A stretch of DNA of 56,868 nucleotides, from the NCBI GenBank assembly GCA_964644695.1, contig CAZXWN010000001.1:62001-118868 (forward strand), given 5' to 3'. Below the pieces are notes generated by a model. It did no database searches. It saw only the letters and a list, made by a program, of their open reading frames with translations, and was not told the origin of the DNA. The position numbers were made by a program, and so were the translations under genes. The stretch is from an uncultured bacterium (GTDB taxonomy: Bacteria; UBP4; UBA4092). Positions 27,077-37,028 of the stretch are shown in pieces; position 1 is the stretch's first letter; each line of letters starts with the position of its first letter.

Positions 27077-28810
27077 ATGCTTAGAAAAATTTACTATATA
27101 AAACTATGCCTGCTGTTCGGGATGTTTTGGACCTTCTTAGGTTTCTTTGCTTCCACAAATGTACTGGCTGCGGATGAACAGCCCATTGTCATTCCAGTTG
27201 GATATCAACAAAAAGCTTCTGTTATTGCCAAGGAAGAAGAGCAACCTATATGGGATGATCGTTTCAATGATGGTCTCTTGTTGACGATGGATGGGAACTA
27301 TGCTGCTGCAGAGTCCACCTATAACGATATTATTAAATCAACTAATTCCAGTAAGTTACAGGCAAGAGCTCAACTGTCTATCGGTGAATTGTATCAATAC
27401 TATGTTGAGAATTATGAAAAATCTCGGACAATATATCAAAGTATTTTAGATAAATATCCAGACACTCCTTTTGCGGAGTCGGCCTTGTTCAATTTGGGAT
27501 TAGCTTCTTTTCATGATAAGAAATATTCTGAAGCCTATTCATCCTTTACAACATATGCAGGCAAGTATCCTGATGGTCGGTACAAGGATAATGTTAAGTT
27601 CATGACTCGGGAAACCGGTATTCGGTTAGGGATTACATTACCCCGAGAGCCGGGAATTGTGATTGCTGGTTCTACCGACACAACTGATAATTCAGATGAT
27701 GAAACAGGATTCATCCTTCCTTCCCGGATGGATGATGTCCAGATTCGGGTTGTTCTGTCTCAGAGACAAAGCAGCATTTATGCTACTTCTGCCGAGGAAT
27801 TTCAGGTTTTCAGAAATGATGAACCTCAAAGAGTGTTTACTACCGGGTCAGGTACCAGTGTGTCGGTCCGATATAACAGGGGAACATGGTCTGTAGACGG
27901 TCGTACTGTCTCTGCTGACAAGATAATTCTGGTCCCAATTAATGGCAGTCCATTTAGATTCAACAACCGACTTTATCGCGGATCCTTACAGTTATCTTCT
28001 GATGGAGGTCGTATTACAGCTATTAATATGGTTTCCTTGGAGCAATATTTGTACAGTGTCGTTCCTAAGGAAGTGGGTAATGAATGGCCGATGGAAGCAC
28101 TTAAAGCTCAGGCTGTGGCGGCTCGTACCTATGCGGTGGCTCGAATGGCTTCCAGAATCAATGCTGATTGGGATGTAATGCCTGGACAATCGGACCAGGT
28201 ATATGGTGGTTATGAATCGGAACGTGAAAGAACTACCCGCGCCGTTGAAGAAACCAGGGGACAAATCTTAGTTTATAATGGGCGACCTATAACCAGCTAT
28301 TTCTGCTCTAACAGCGGTGGTATGACAGAAGCTGGGCGGTATCCTTATCTTCGCAGCTTCCCTGATCCGTATAGCAAGAACAGTCCTGGTTATCGATGGA
28401 CATTGCGGATATCTGCCTCAGAATTAGCCCAGCGTTTAAAAAGCAAGGGATATAATGTGGGGACCGTTAATAGCGTTATCGCATCTGATAGAAGTTCGTC
28501 AGGCCGTGTTCGGAGTATCAGGATTGCTCATTCGAAGGGCATGACATATATCCCCGGTGATGATTTTCGTTGGAAAGTTGATTCCACCTATCTTCGGAGC
28601 ACTCTTTTCACTGTCTCCAAATCAGGACAAACCTTCACCTTTGAAGGTTATGGTTATGGTCATGGTTACGGACTCAGTCAATGGGGTTGTTATCAACAAG
28701 CTAAGTTAGGTCGGGATTATCGGGAAATACTAAGTTTCTATTATCCTGGGACGACCTTTGATGAGTTGGCAGACCATACTGCCAAGTTTGCGAAAATTTC
28801 GCTCCGGTAA
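27077..28810 (+). CDS. TPR-containing SpoIID/LytB-domain lytic transglycosylase
   Basis: Signal peptide, TPR-like repeats (KYPDTPFA, KYPDG), EALKAQAVAARTY, DQVYGG, GYGHGYGLSQWG. Confidence 0.92.
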   Translation: MLRKIYYIKLCLLFGMFWTFLGFFASTNVLAADEQPIVIPVGYQQKASVIAKEEEQPIWDDRFNDGLLLTMDGNYAAAESTYNDIIKSTNSSKLQARAQLSIGELYQYYVENYEKSRTIYQSILDKYPDTPFAESALFNLGLASFHDKKYSEAYSSFTTYAGKYPDGRYKDNVKFMTRETGIRLGITLPREPGIVIAGSTDTTDNSDDETGFILPSRMDDVQIRVVLSQRQSSIYATSAEEFQVFRNDEPQRVFTTGSGTSVSVRYNRGTWSVDGRTVSADKIILVPINGSPFRFNNRLYRGSLQLSSDGGRITAINMVSLEQYLYSVVPKEVGNEWPMEALKAQAVAARTYAVARMASRINADWDVMPGQSDQVYGGYESERERTTRAVEETRGQILVYNGRPITSYFCSNSGGMTEAGRYPYLRSFPDPYSKNSPGYRWTLRISASELAQRLKSKGYNVGTVNSVIASDRSSSGRVRSIRIAHSKGMTYIPGDDFRWKVDSTYLRSTLFTVSKSGQTFTFEGYGYGHGYGLSQWGCYQQAKLGRDYREILSFYYPGTTFDELADHTAKFAKISLR

Positions 28811-28828
28811 GCACTTAAAAGGTTATTC

Positions 28829-28857
28829 TTGACGCTCTTATCGTTTCCCTGTAAAAT
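28829..28857 (+). promoter_or_regulatory. tRNA-Gln promoter
   Basis: TTGACG-17-TAAAAT with TG just upstream of the -10. Confidence 0.6.
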
Positions 28858-28891
28858 TTTATATATTGTGTTCTTAATGAGTTATCGCAAT

Positions 28892-28965
28892 TGCCCTGTA
28901 GTGTAACGGTAGCACGGCAGATTCTGGATCTGCTTGTCTGGGTTCGAATCCTAGCGGGGCAACCA
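28892..28965 (+). tRNA. tRNA-Gln (CTG)
   Basis: Acceptor TGCCCTG/CGGGGCA, anticodon arm GCAGA-TTCTGGA-TCTGC, T loop TTCGAAT, encoded CCA. Confidence 0.97.
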
Positions 28966-29002
28966 TCTATCAAACACCCTCAACCCCTTATTTCCTCAAT
29001 AA

Positions 29003-30172
29003 TTACTTCTTTTTTGTTGCTGTTAGAGCATTTTTCAGGACTTCACTTATATATTTAATGCTTTCTTTGTCAAGTTCAGGATAGATAGGTAAGGAAATAA
29101 TCCGGTGGTAAACTGATTCTGTAACTGGTAACTCATGCGATAGATTTCCAAACCGGTTGCGATAGTATGGGTGCAGATGTGTAGGAATAAAGTGAACACT
29201 GGCTCCAATATTCCAATCTTTCAGGTATTGGATAATCTTATTTCTTTGTGAAAAGGTCCATGTTTTACCTGTGATTGTATATAAGTGTCCATTTCGGGTA
29301 GCATACGGATGTGTTTGAGGTGTTTGTATCTCTTCAATATCACTCAGGTATTTATCATAGAGTGAGGCGATATGACACCTTTCCTTATTCATTCTGTTTA
29401 ATTTTTGTAACTGTACTCGGCCTAAAGCGGATTGAATGTCCGATAAATTCGACTTATAACCTGGTTCTACAACTTCATAAAACCAGTTTCCGGCATCACT
29501 ATATCGTTTCCAAGCATCTTTTTTAATTCCATGAAGACTTAAAATCCTTACTTTCTTCTCAGTGGATTTTGACTGTGTTGTGAGCATGCCACCCTCAGCT
29601 GTTGTGATGTTTTTTGTGGCATAGAAACTGTAGCAAGCTGCAAAGGTTTTACTGGACCCAATTGGTTTCCCCTCATAAAGGGATCCAAGTGCGTGTGCGG
29701 CGTCTTCGATGATTAATAGGTGATTCTTATTGGCAAGTCTAATAAGTGGTCTTAAATCGCAAGGATGGCCGCCAAAATGTGTTGGAATAATGGCTTTAGT
29801 ACGTGAAGTAATCTTCTTTTGAATACTTTCAGAAGTAACATTAAAAACTTTGGGATCAATATCAGCAAAAACAGGTACAGCTCCAAGATGGATTATTTCA
29901 GCTGCTGTGGCTGGAAATGTGAAAGAAGGGAGGACTACTTCATCTCCCTGTTTGATTCCGGCTGCTGCCAGGCTCAATCCTAAAGCTGCTGTACACGAAT
30001 TGAGTGCTACCGAATATTTTGATTGAGTGTACTGAATGAATTCCTTTTCAAATGCGACAGTTTGGGGACCGGTAGTAAGCCAGCCACTTTCTAAAACTTT
30101 TCGGAGAGCTTTAATTTCTTCCTGGCCAATTGTTGGCTTATGAAATGGTATATATGTTTTAGATTTTTTCAT
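29003..30172 (-). CDS. DegT/DnrJ/EryC1/StrS sugar aminotransferase
   Basis: SGWLTTGP, EDAAHA, SFYATKNITTAEGG (PLP Lys). Confidence 0.95.
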   Translation of the reverse strand: MKKSKTYIPFHKPTIGQEEIKALRKVLESGWLTTGPQTVAFEKEFIQYTQSKYSVALNSCTAALGLSLAAAGIKQGDEVVLPSFTFPATAAEIIHLGAVPVFADIDPKVFNVTSESIQKKITSRTKAIIPTHFGGHPCDLRPLIRLANKNHLLIIEDAAHALGSLYEGKPIGSSKTFAACYSFYATKNITTAEGGMLTTQSKSTEKKVRILSLHGIKKDAWKRYSDAGNWFYEVVEPGYKSNLSDIQSALGRVQLQKLNRMNKERCHIASLYDKYLSDIEEIQTPQTHPYATRNGHLYTITGKTWTFSQRNKIIQYLKDWNIGASVHFIPTHLHPYYRNRFGNLSHELPVTESVYHRIISLPIYPELDKESIKYISEVLKNALTATKKK

Positions 30173-30182
30173 ATAAGTCTCA

Positions 30183-32264
30183 TTATTGTTTAATTTTATA
30201 AAGTCGATATCCTTTATAATCTAGCAACAGTTCTGTTTGTTGTGTAAAGAATTGATTCATTCGATCTACAACAAATTGAGGGTTTGCTGGATTGTAATAG
30301 GGTCCATAAAAAGATTCTAGCCGTTTCAATTCATGCGGATTATAGAATATGTAAGTGATGTTATTCTTGATTAGTTCATCGGCCATTTGTTTTGGATTTG
30401 ATGATGTCTTTGCCAATGCCTCAAAATAATCCACATCAAAAACAGTATTCATTTCTATATCCCGAGAAAAATAAGTTCTTCGTGCTTCAGCTATAGCCAG
30501 AATTCTCTCATTAGGTCCCAGATGATGATTAACTGTCTCGATAACAGGCAGGGTTGATAAATTCTGAGCAAGGAAGTTTATCTGCAATGGTGAATTCAAT
30601 CCAGCAATATAATTTGTTTTATTTTGATATAGGTGTGACATCCTGTTGATTTCAGAGTACAAGGCGTAGTTTAAATTTCCGAGATTAAAGAGATTGCATC
30701 CAATCAAGATAATCATTAAAACTCCAGCGATACTGTGCCAGGAACGCTCGGAATCTTTCCTTGTAATTGACAGAAATCCATCAATAAATGAAACGGATAT
30801 AATGAGGCATATTATCGCCATAACAGGGATCAAAAAACGGTCAACCTGATTAGTAAATAACCATCCAATAAAACCGAAAAGAGAAATGAACCAGAGAGGT
30901 GTTACTTTTTCTTTCATTGGATTTGGGAAAAGGGACAGAGGTATTAAAAGGGTTGGTATTAGTGCATAGGATGCTGCTGTTCCAATAAAGTGGAATTCTT
31001 TAGTCATCCCTTTAATATTATTTATCAAGTATGACAAGCTAAAATTAAAAGCATGGGCTTGTTTGAATTTCTCTGCTACATAGGGATCCCATCCTACATT
31101 ATTTAAAATAGAGTACAGAAGTGGAGCTACGGGATTCCCTGTAAATATATAGTTTTTTATAAGCCAGGGAAAAAGCGGAATGAAAGCAATACAAAGAAAT
31201 AAAAATACTCTTTTTAGTCCTTCTGTCCAACAAGTACTGGAGAAAACAACAAATAATGAAAGTGGAATACATACAGTAACTAATGCAATGTATTTAGTAC
31301 TCAAAGCAAATCCTGCCATCAGTCCCGCAAGTATGAGGAAACCTCGTTGATTGGTAGTGTCTTGGTACTTAAGAATCAGACCCAGAGAAAGTAATCCATA
31401 TACTGCAACAATGTGATCGATGTTTCCCTGAAGTAATAATTTTCCACAGATAGGTAATGCCCAAAACATAGCCGCAGCAACGATTCCAGCCATTTTTGAA
31501 TGATAACGATTACCAAGTTTATGGAGGGCCAGTCCACCCAATATCATGTAAACAAAAAGGAATAATTTCCCACTGATTACTCCTTCACAAGTCATTCCAC
31601 CATAAATAAGCATTTCGGTTAATTGTGGAAAATTCGCATAACAATTACCCGAAATATAAGTAATGAGTTGCTTGTTCAGATAGTAAGAAGGCGAGCCAAA
31701 GTGATACTCAAGAGCATCATAACCAACTGGAGGTAGCAGACTGAAAAAGAAAAGATAGAGTCCGGCGAGTATTGCCATCGCTAATATTAGTTTATAGATT
31801 AGAGATTCAACGTACGGTGCTGTATTCTCTTGCCCTAGTGGTTTTGAAGATAATGGTTTTGCTAATCTTAATGGCTGAATACCTGTCCATGTAAAACCAG
31901 AAGTGAAACTAAACATTAATATAATAAGCAGACTGCCTGGAATTAAAATCCCAACTACTCCCAATCCGAATATTGTAAACGACAATAATCCGAGTCCCGT
32001 ACCCATAGAATAGATAATCAATTCCAATTTATCAGTTTCATGAATCCCCAATAGGCGAAGCAATACCCAGCCATAAAATGTAGCAAAGAAACAACATAAT
32101 ACAATAACGACTAAAGGGATGATATTGGTGGCGATTAAATTTATGCCCAACAAAATCATGGGTTGATTATAAGCGGGTAGTGATATCCCCAGAATAATGA
32201 ATAAAATAAAAAAACAAAACACCAGTTTTGGATTGAGTCGAGTTTGTAAGTAATTTTCAACCAT
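30183..32264 (-). CDS. ArnT/PMT-like GT-C membrane glycosyltransferase
   Basis: YDALEYH, NFP, ALSTKY, PWLIKNYIFTGNP; many TM segments. Confidence 0.72.
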   Translation of the reverse strand: MVENYLQTRLNPKLVFCFFILFIILGISLPAYNQPMILLGINLIATNIIPLVVIVLCCFFATFYGWVLLRLLGIHETDKLELIIYSMGTGLGLLSFTIFGLGVVGILIPGSLLIILMFSFTSGFTWTGIQPLRLAKPLSSKPLGQENTAPYVESLIYKLILAMAILAGLYLFFFSLLPPVGYDALEYHFGSPSYYLNKQLITYISGNCYANFPQLTEMLIYGGMTCEGVISGKLFLFVYMILGGLALHKLGNRYHSKMAGIVAAAMFWALPICGKLLLQGNIDHIVAVYGLLSLGLILKYQDTTNQRGFLILAGLMAGFALSTKYIALVTVCIPLSLFVVFSSTCWTEGLKRVFLFLCIAFIPLFPWLIKNYIFTGNPVAPLLYSILNNVGWDPYVAEKFKQAHAFNFSLSYLINNIKGMTKEFHFIGTAASYALIPTLLIPLSLFPNPMKEKVTPLWFISLFGFIGWLFTNQVDRFLIPVMAIICLIISVSFIDGFLSITRKDSERSWHSIAGVLMIILIGCNLFNLGNLNYALYSEINRMSHLYQNKTNYIAGLNSPLQINFLAQNLSTLPVIETVNHHLGPNERILAIAEARRTYFSRDIEMNTVFDVDYFEALAKTSSNPKQMADELIKNNITYIFYNPHELKRLESFYGPYYNPANPQFVVDRMNQFFTQQTELLLDYKGYRLYKIKQ

Positions 32265-32344
32265 ATCTTAAAAAGAATATAGATAGAACCCTTCAGTGTC
32301 AAATGTTATAATCCCTTTAATACAATTAAACAGAGGGTATGACT

Positions 32345-33535
32345 ATGTCAATGGAAATATTGACTCCTAAAATTCGTGGTTTTATCTGTACTAATTCACA
32401 TTCAGAGGGATGTGCGGTGAATGTGAAAAAACAATATGAATATGCAGAATCCCAAGGGGCAAAATTGGATAAACCCCTGAAAGCTTTAATTATTGGAGCT
32501 TCAACCGGGTATGGATTGTCCAGTCGAATTGCCTTGGCTGGTGGATATGGTGCGGACACATTAGGTGTTTTCTATGAAAGACAACCTGATGGAGCTAAAA
32601 CTGGAACTGCTGGATTTTATAATTCGGCTGCATTTCATAAAATAGCGAAAGAAAAAGGTCTATGGGCTAAATCAATTAATGGTGATGCCTTTTCCAACGA
32701 GATAAAGTCACAGGCTATTGAAATGATTAAAGCTGAAATGGGAAAAATAGATTATGTAATCTACAGTTTGGCTTCTCCCCGACGAATTCATCCCACTACG
32801 GGTGTGATACATTCTTCAGTTCTAAAACCTGTGGGTGAACCGTATTCCAGTAAAAGTATTGAACTTAATTCGGAGAAAGTGATTGATGTAACCATTCAGC
32901 CAGCGACAGAAGAAGAAGTGTCTAATACTGTCACTGTGATGGGGGGAGATGACTGGAAGTTATGGTTAGAATGTCTCTTGGAAGCTGGAGTCTTAAATGA
33001 AGGAGTGAGAACTCTAGCTTATTCTTATATTGGGCCGGAAGTAACATGGCCCATTTATCGTTATGGAACGATTGGTAAAGCAAAAGAGGACTTGGAAGAC
33101 GTTGCACAATATCTTGAAAGCAAGCTTATGCAGAATCTCGGTGGGCATGCGTGGGTTTCAGTCAATAAAGCTGTTGTTACACAAGCCTCGGCGGCTATTC
33201 CAGTAGTTCCTCTTTATTTGAGTATTTTGATTAAAGTTATGAAAGAAAAAAATGTTCATGAAGGTTGTATTGAACAAATTGTTCGTCTCTTTAAAACGCA
33301 GTTGATAAATAATAAACCTCAATTAGATGAGTCCCGACGAATCAGAATGGATGACTGGGAAATGCGTGAGGAAATTCAGAAGGCTATAGCTGACACATGG
33401 ATTCAAATTAATACGGATAATTTACGGGATCTATCTGCATATGATGAATATAAAAAAGAATTCCGAAATTTGTTTGGATTTGAAGTAGAGGGTGTGGATT
33501 ATAGTCAGCCTGTTGAAATTAATGTAAGTTTATAA
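32345..33535 (+). CDS. fabV: Enoyl-ACP / trans-2-enoyl-CoA reductase FabV
   Basis: GASTGYGL, YSLASP, YSYIG, GTIGKAK, KAVVTQAS, FGF. ATG 32339 is an alternative start. Confidence 0.95.
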   Translation: MSMEILTPKIRGFICTNSHSEGCAVNVKKQYEYAESQGAKLDKPLKALIIGASTGYGLSSRIALAGGYGADTLGVFYERQPDGAKTGTAGFYNSAAFHKIAKEKGLWAKSINGDAFSNEIKSQAIEMIKAEMGKIDYVIYSLASPRRIHPTTGVIHSSVLKPVGEPYSSKSIELNSEKVIDVTIQPATEEEVSNTVTVMGGDDWKLWLECLLEAGVLNEGVRTLAYSYIGPEVTWPIYRYGTIGKAKEDLEDVAQYLESKLMQNLGGHAWVSVNKAVVTQASAAIPVVPLYLSILIKVMKEKNVHEGCIEQIVRLFKTQLINNKPQLDESRRIRMDDWEMREEIQKAIADTWIQINTDNLRDLSAYDEYKKEFRNLFGFEVEGVDYSQPVEINVSL

Positions 33536-33572
33536 ACATAAGAAGATAAAAAGCATGGAAGTCGGAAAGAAA

Positions 33573-35114
33573 TTATATTCTTTCTGACTTCTTTTTGTTT
33601 ACATGAAAAGTGAGTGCCAGGAATAGGGCTGTCAGAATCCCACAAAGTAACGGTAGGATATCCCCTGTTTTCGAATACAGAGTCTTTATCTTATATAACG
33701 GAATATCATCAACCAGAATCCCCTCCCTGTAAATATCTAATCCGCTTAATTCTTTGCCTTTTGGGTCAATAAAACATGAATAACCAGTATTCGCGGCGCG
33801 AATAACAGGGAGCCCTGATTCTATGGCTCGGATTCTGGCAATATCACGATGTTCATAAGGGGCCGATGTTTTACCAAACCAGGAATCGTTGGTTGTGATT
33901 GTTAGAATATCCGCGTTTTTATTTGCTAAAGAAATAGCTAATCGGGGTAAGGTGGACTCAAAACAAATCAATGTCCCAAGGTTTATTTCATGTGCTGACG
34001 TAGTGGAAAAATGAATCAAGTTCTGAATTGTCCCAGATGAAAAATGATTTGGCGCCATGGGAAGCTTTTTGAAAAATGGGAACAATCCTTCCAAGGGTAA
34101 ATATTCTCCGAAAGGTAAGAGGTTTCCTTTGTGATAAATTTGTTTGAACTGCCCATTTGGCTCAATCAATAACATTGAATTGTAATAAGACTTTTCATCT
34201 CCCCAAATTGTACCGGCGTAAATAGGGACTTTATTTTTTATTGCTAAATTCTTTACACCTTGCTGATAGTCATCTCTAAAAAGGAAAAAATCAGCCATGG
34301 CTGTTTCCGGCCATACAACCAGTTGGGCTCCTTGATCAATTGCCTGCTGGCTCAGCCTAAGGTATTTATCAAAGTTGGCTTTATCTTTTGTTTCATCCCA
34401 TTTGGTTTCTTGTGGAATATTCCCTTGTACAATTCCCACTCGGAGGGAAGAGTGGGATGGTGTCACAGAAAGTCGGTTATAACCTAAATAGAGAGTCACT
34501 GCGAGCAAAAACAGGGTGAAGTAGGTAGGATATAGTATTCCGATTTTAAGTGGCTGTTTTTGTATCCATTGCCGAATTATCCAATAAAGCGATATGTTCA
34601 CTAAGGCGATTAAGAAGGATAGCCCCAGAATACCTGTATAAGCCGATAGCTGAAGCAATGGACTCACAGCCATTTGTGTATATCCCAGCCATCCCCAGGG
34701 GAAGGCGAGAATTCCTAAGCCACGGACATATTCCATACTGACCCATACCATTGGAAAAATGATCCATGATAATTTGGGGTAATGAACAGTTATTCTCCGG
34801 TAAACAACCATAGCCCCACCGTAAAATAATCCGCAATAAGCGGCTAAAAGAGGCGTGCAGAGGATAATCCCCTGATTAAACTTAAATAGTTGATGGAGGA
34901 AATAAATCAGGGTATAGATGAATGTGAATCCGGTCAGCCAACCTAATCTAAATGACATCTTCAAGGATGTATTTTCATTGGCCCACAAAAGGGGAATCAA
35001 CGCTATCCAAACTAACCCGTATAAAGATACATTAGGAAAAGCCGCTGTTAATAAAAGGCCACTGATGATGGAAGCAATATATTCTTTCTTGAACAGGTTT
35101 TCCCAGTGAATCAT
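33573..35114 (-). CDS. lnt: Apolipoprotein N-acyltransferase
   Basis: FPWGWLG, VQGNI, WPET, LPFGEY, ICFES, TNDSWF, RAANTG. Start at MIHW (35114), because the longer ORF overlaps rpsI. Confidence 0.95.
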   Translation of the reverse strand: MIHWENLFKKEYIASIISGLLLTAAFPNVSLYGLVWIALIPLLWANENTSLKMSFRLGWLTGFTFIYTLIYFLHQLFKFNQGIILCTPLLAAYCGLFYGGAMVVYRRITVHYPKLSWIIFPMVWVSMEYVRGLGILAFPWGWLGYTQMAVSPLLQLSAYTGILGLSFLIALVNISLYWIIRQWIQKQPLKIGILYPTYFTLFLLAVTLYLGYNRLSVTPSHSSLRVGIVQGNIPQETKWDETKDKANFDKYLRLSQQAIDQGAQLVVWPETAMADFFLFRDDYQQGVKNLAIKNKVPIYAGTIWGDEKSYYNSMLLIEPNGQFKQIYHKGNLLPFGEYLPLEGLFPFFKKLPMAPNHFSSGTIQNLIHFSTTSAHEINLGTLICFESTLPRLAISLANKNADILTITTNDSWFGKTSAPYEHRDIARIRAIESGLPVIRAANTGYSCFIDPKGKELSGLDIYREGILVDDIPLYKIKTLYSKTGDILPLLCGILTALFLALTFHVNKKKSERI

Positions 35115-35132
35115 GCTTGATGTCCTTAAAAT

Positions 35133-35168
35133 AAAAACAGGGTGTTCCCTTAGCCGGGAACACCCTGT
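35133..35168 (-). terminator. Intrinsic terminator after rpsI
   Basis: 13 bp stem ACAGGGTGTTCCC/GGGAACACCCTGT with a T run on the minus strand. Confidence 0.88.
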
Positions 35169-35199
35169 GAGATTTCCAATTGAAAAGGTAAAGAGATTT

Positions 35200-35655
35200 T
35201 TAACGCTTGGAGAATTGGAAGCGTTTGCGGGCACCGGCCTGACCGAATTTCTTTCTTTCGACCATCCGGGGGTCACGAGTCAGAAGACCAGCATCCCGTA
35301 ATTGTTTTTTGTATGCTTCGTCATAAGACAACAGTGCACGAGCAACACCGTGACGTACGGCTTCGGCCTGACCACTGATGCCACCACCTTCAACACGAAC
35401 TTTGACATCAAATTTGGCTTCCATTTGAACCAGTTTAAGGGGTTCCCAGACAACCGGTTCTAACCGTTTGTGTTTGAAATAGTCGGGCATAGCGATGCCG
35501 TTAACCACAAAGTTACCGGTACCGTGAACTAAACGAACACGGGCGGTTGAGGTTTTACGACGGCCTGTACCAATAAATCCATTCGCAGCTTTTGCGCTGG
35601 ATTTGGCGGCTGCTTTTGCTACTTTATAAACAGGGGTCTTAGTTTCTTCTGCCAT
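35200..35655 (-). CDS. rpsI: 30S ribosomal protein S9
   Basis: GTGRRK, GGGISGQ, LTRDPRMVERKK, FQFSKR. Confidence 0.98.
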   Translation of the reverse strand: MAEETKTPVYKVAKAAAKSSAKAANGFIGTGRRKTSTARVRLVHGTGNFVVNGIAMPDYFKHKRLEPVVWEPLKLVQMEAKFDVKVRVEGGGISGQAEAVRHGVARALLSYDEAYKKQLRDAGLLTRDPRMVERKKFGQAGARKRFQFSKR

Positions 35656-35684
35656 GATATGTTTCCTTTATGTTTCCAGGTAAG

Positions 35685-36119
35685 TTATGCTTCAAATTTC
35701 AAGACTTCAGGATTTTGTGCGGTATGCGGATGTTCAGCATTCTTAAAAATCCGAAGCCGGGTCATACTGGCTTTGCCTAAACGATTTTTAGGTACCATAC
35801 CCTTGACGGCTTCATAAATAACTTTGTCAGATTTAGTGGCCATCATATCTTTTAAAGGGGTAACCTTCAGGTTTCCGGTGTAACCAGAGTGCCGGAAATA
35901 AAGCTTATTGTTCATTTTGTTACCGGTTACTTTGATTTTGTCGGAGTTAATAACAACGACATGATCCCGATTGGAAATATTCGGGGTGTAGGTTGGCAGG
36001 TGTTTTCCCTGCAAAACCCGTGCGACAGCAGTCGCCAGCCGGCCAAGGGTTAACCCTTCGGCATCTACAATGTACCACTTGGGCTGTATAGTCTCATTTT
36101 TCAAGATAAAAGTTTTCAT
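35685..36119 (-). CDS. rplM: 50S ribosomal protein L13
   Basis: WYIVDA, LGRLA, HSGY, KGMVPK, HPHTAQ. Confidence 0.98.
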   Translation of the reverse strand: MKTFILKNETIQPKWYIVDAEGLTLGRLATAVARVLQGKHLPTYTPNISNRDHVVVINSDKIKVTGNKMNNKLYFRHSGYTGNLKVTPLKDMMATKSDKVIYEAVKGMVPKNRLGKASMTRLRIFKNAEHPHTAQNPEVLKFEA

Positions 36120-36200
36120 CTAAATAACCTCTCTTAAGGAAACAGAAATACTATTTTATACTGTTTGCCTAATTTCGTCAATCGTGATAACTTAAAAATT

Positions 36201-37028
36201 ATGCTGCAAACCATTCAAACACGAACTATTTGCGTAGTATTTATTCTGATTTTGTTTTGTACCGCCGGTTGTGACCGAGTCCGTTATACTCGTGTCGAGG
36301 GTCATATCAGCCAAAATACCCGCTGGGTCAATGACCAGTCTCCCTATCTGTTAGAGAATGGAGATGTAACCGTAGACCCTGGAATTACTTTGACCATTGA
36401 GCCCGGTGTGACTGTTTATTTTATGGGCAACAACTGGCTGTTGGTACAAGGCCGACTTCTAGCCCAGGGAGAATCGGGGCGTCCTATCCAGTTCCTTCCT
36501 TTCAATCGCAGTATTGCTCTTTACAAAGGTTTGAAACTTGGCGGAGGAACCCAGCCAGACATGGCGCACCAAATCAATTATCTTGTTGTGCAGGATGCCG
36601 ATTTCGGAATGTACCTGGATGGAAGCCTTGCTGATATTAATTTTAGCGTGTTTTCAAGTAATAAGGAAGGGATTCATTTATGGAATTCTAATGCTTCAAT
36701 AAAAAATTCACTAATTGAATCGAATCAGACGGTAGGAATATCTGTAAGTGGAGGCACTCCGACTCTTATGAATAATCAAATAAATAAAAATGGTCAGGCC
36801 CTCAGTTTTGATTATTCAACACGCCCGGTATTTAAGCAAAACCAAATTGGAGCTGAACAAAGCCTTTTTGCCACAATAGCTCGCTGTTCGTATCCGTTGG
36901 ATCTGACTGGTAACAATTGGGGAACCGGTGACAGTCGTTCTGTTTATTCAAAAATTCAAGTACTGGACGGCATCCCCGTCGATAAGATGGTTTATCTTGA
37001 ACCCATGTCCGGTCCAGTTGGACAATAA
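36201..37028 (+). CDS. Putative lipoprotein with parallel beta-helix repeats
   Basis: Lipobox TAG-C, SPY...TLTIEPGV, Asn-rich beta-helix repeats, NNWG. Confidence 0.75.
   Translation: MLQTIQTRTICVVFILILFCTAGCDRVRYTRVEGHISQNTRWVNDQSPYLLENGDVTVDPGITLTIEPGVTVYFMGNNWLLVQGRLLAQGESGRPIQFLPFNRSIALYKGLKLGGGTQPDMAHQINYLVVQDADFGMYLDGSLADINFSVFSSNKEGIHLWNSNASIKNSLIESNQTVGISVSGGTPTLMNNQINKNGQALSFDYSTRPVFKQNQIGAEQSLFATIARCSYPLDLTGNNWGTGDSRSVYSKIQVLDGIPVDKMVYLEPMSGPVGQ

Noticed and set aside
35115-35276. N-terminal extension of lnt in the ORF track
   Set aside because: It overlaps rpsI and its terminator. The Lnt-like hydrophobic sequence begins at ATG 35114.
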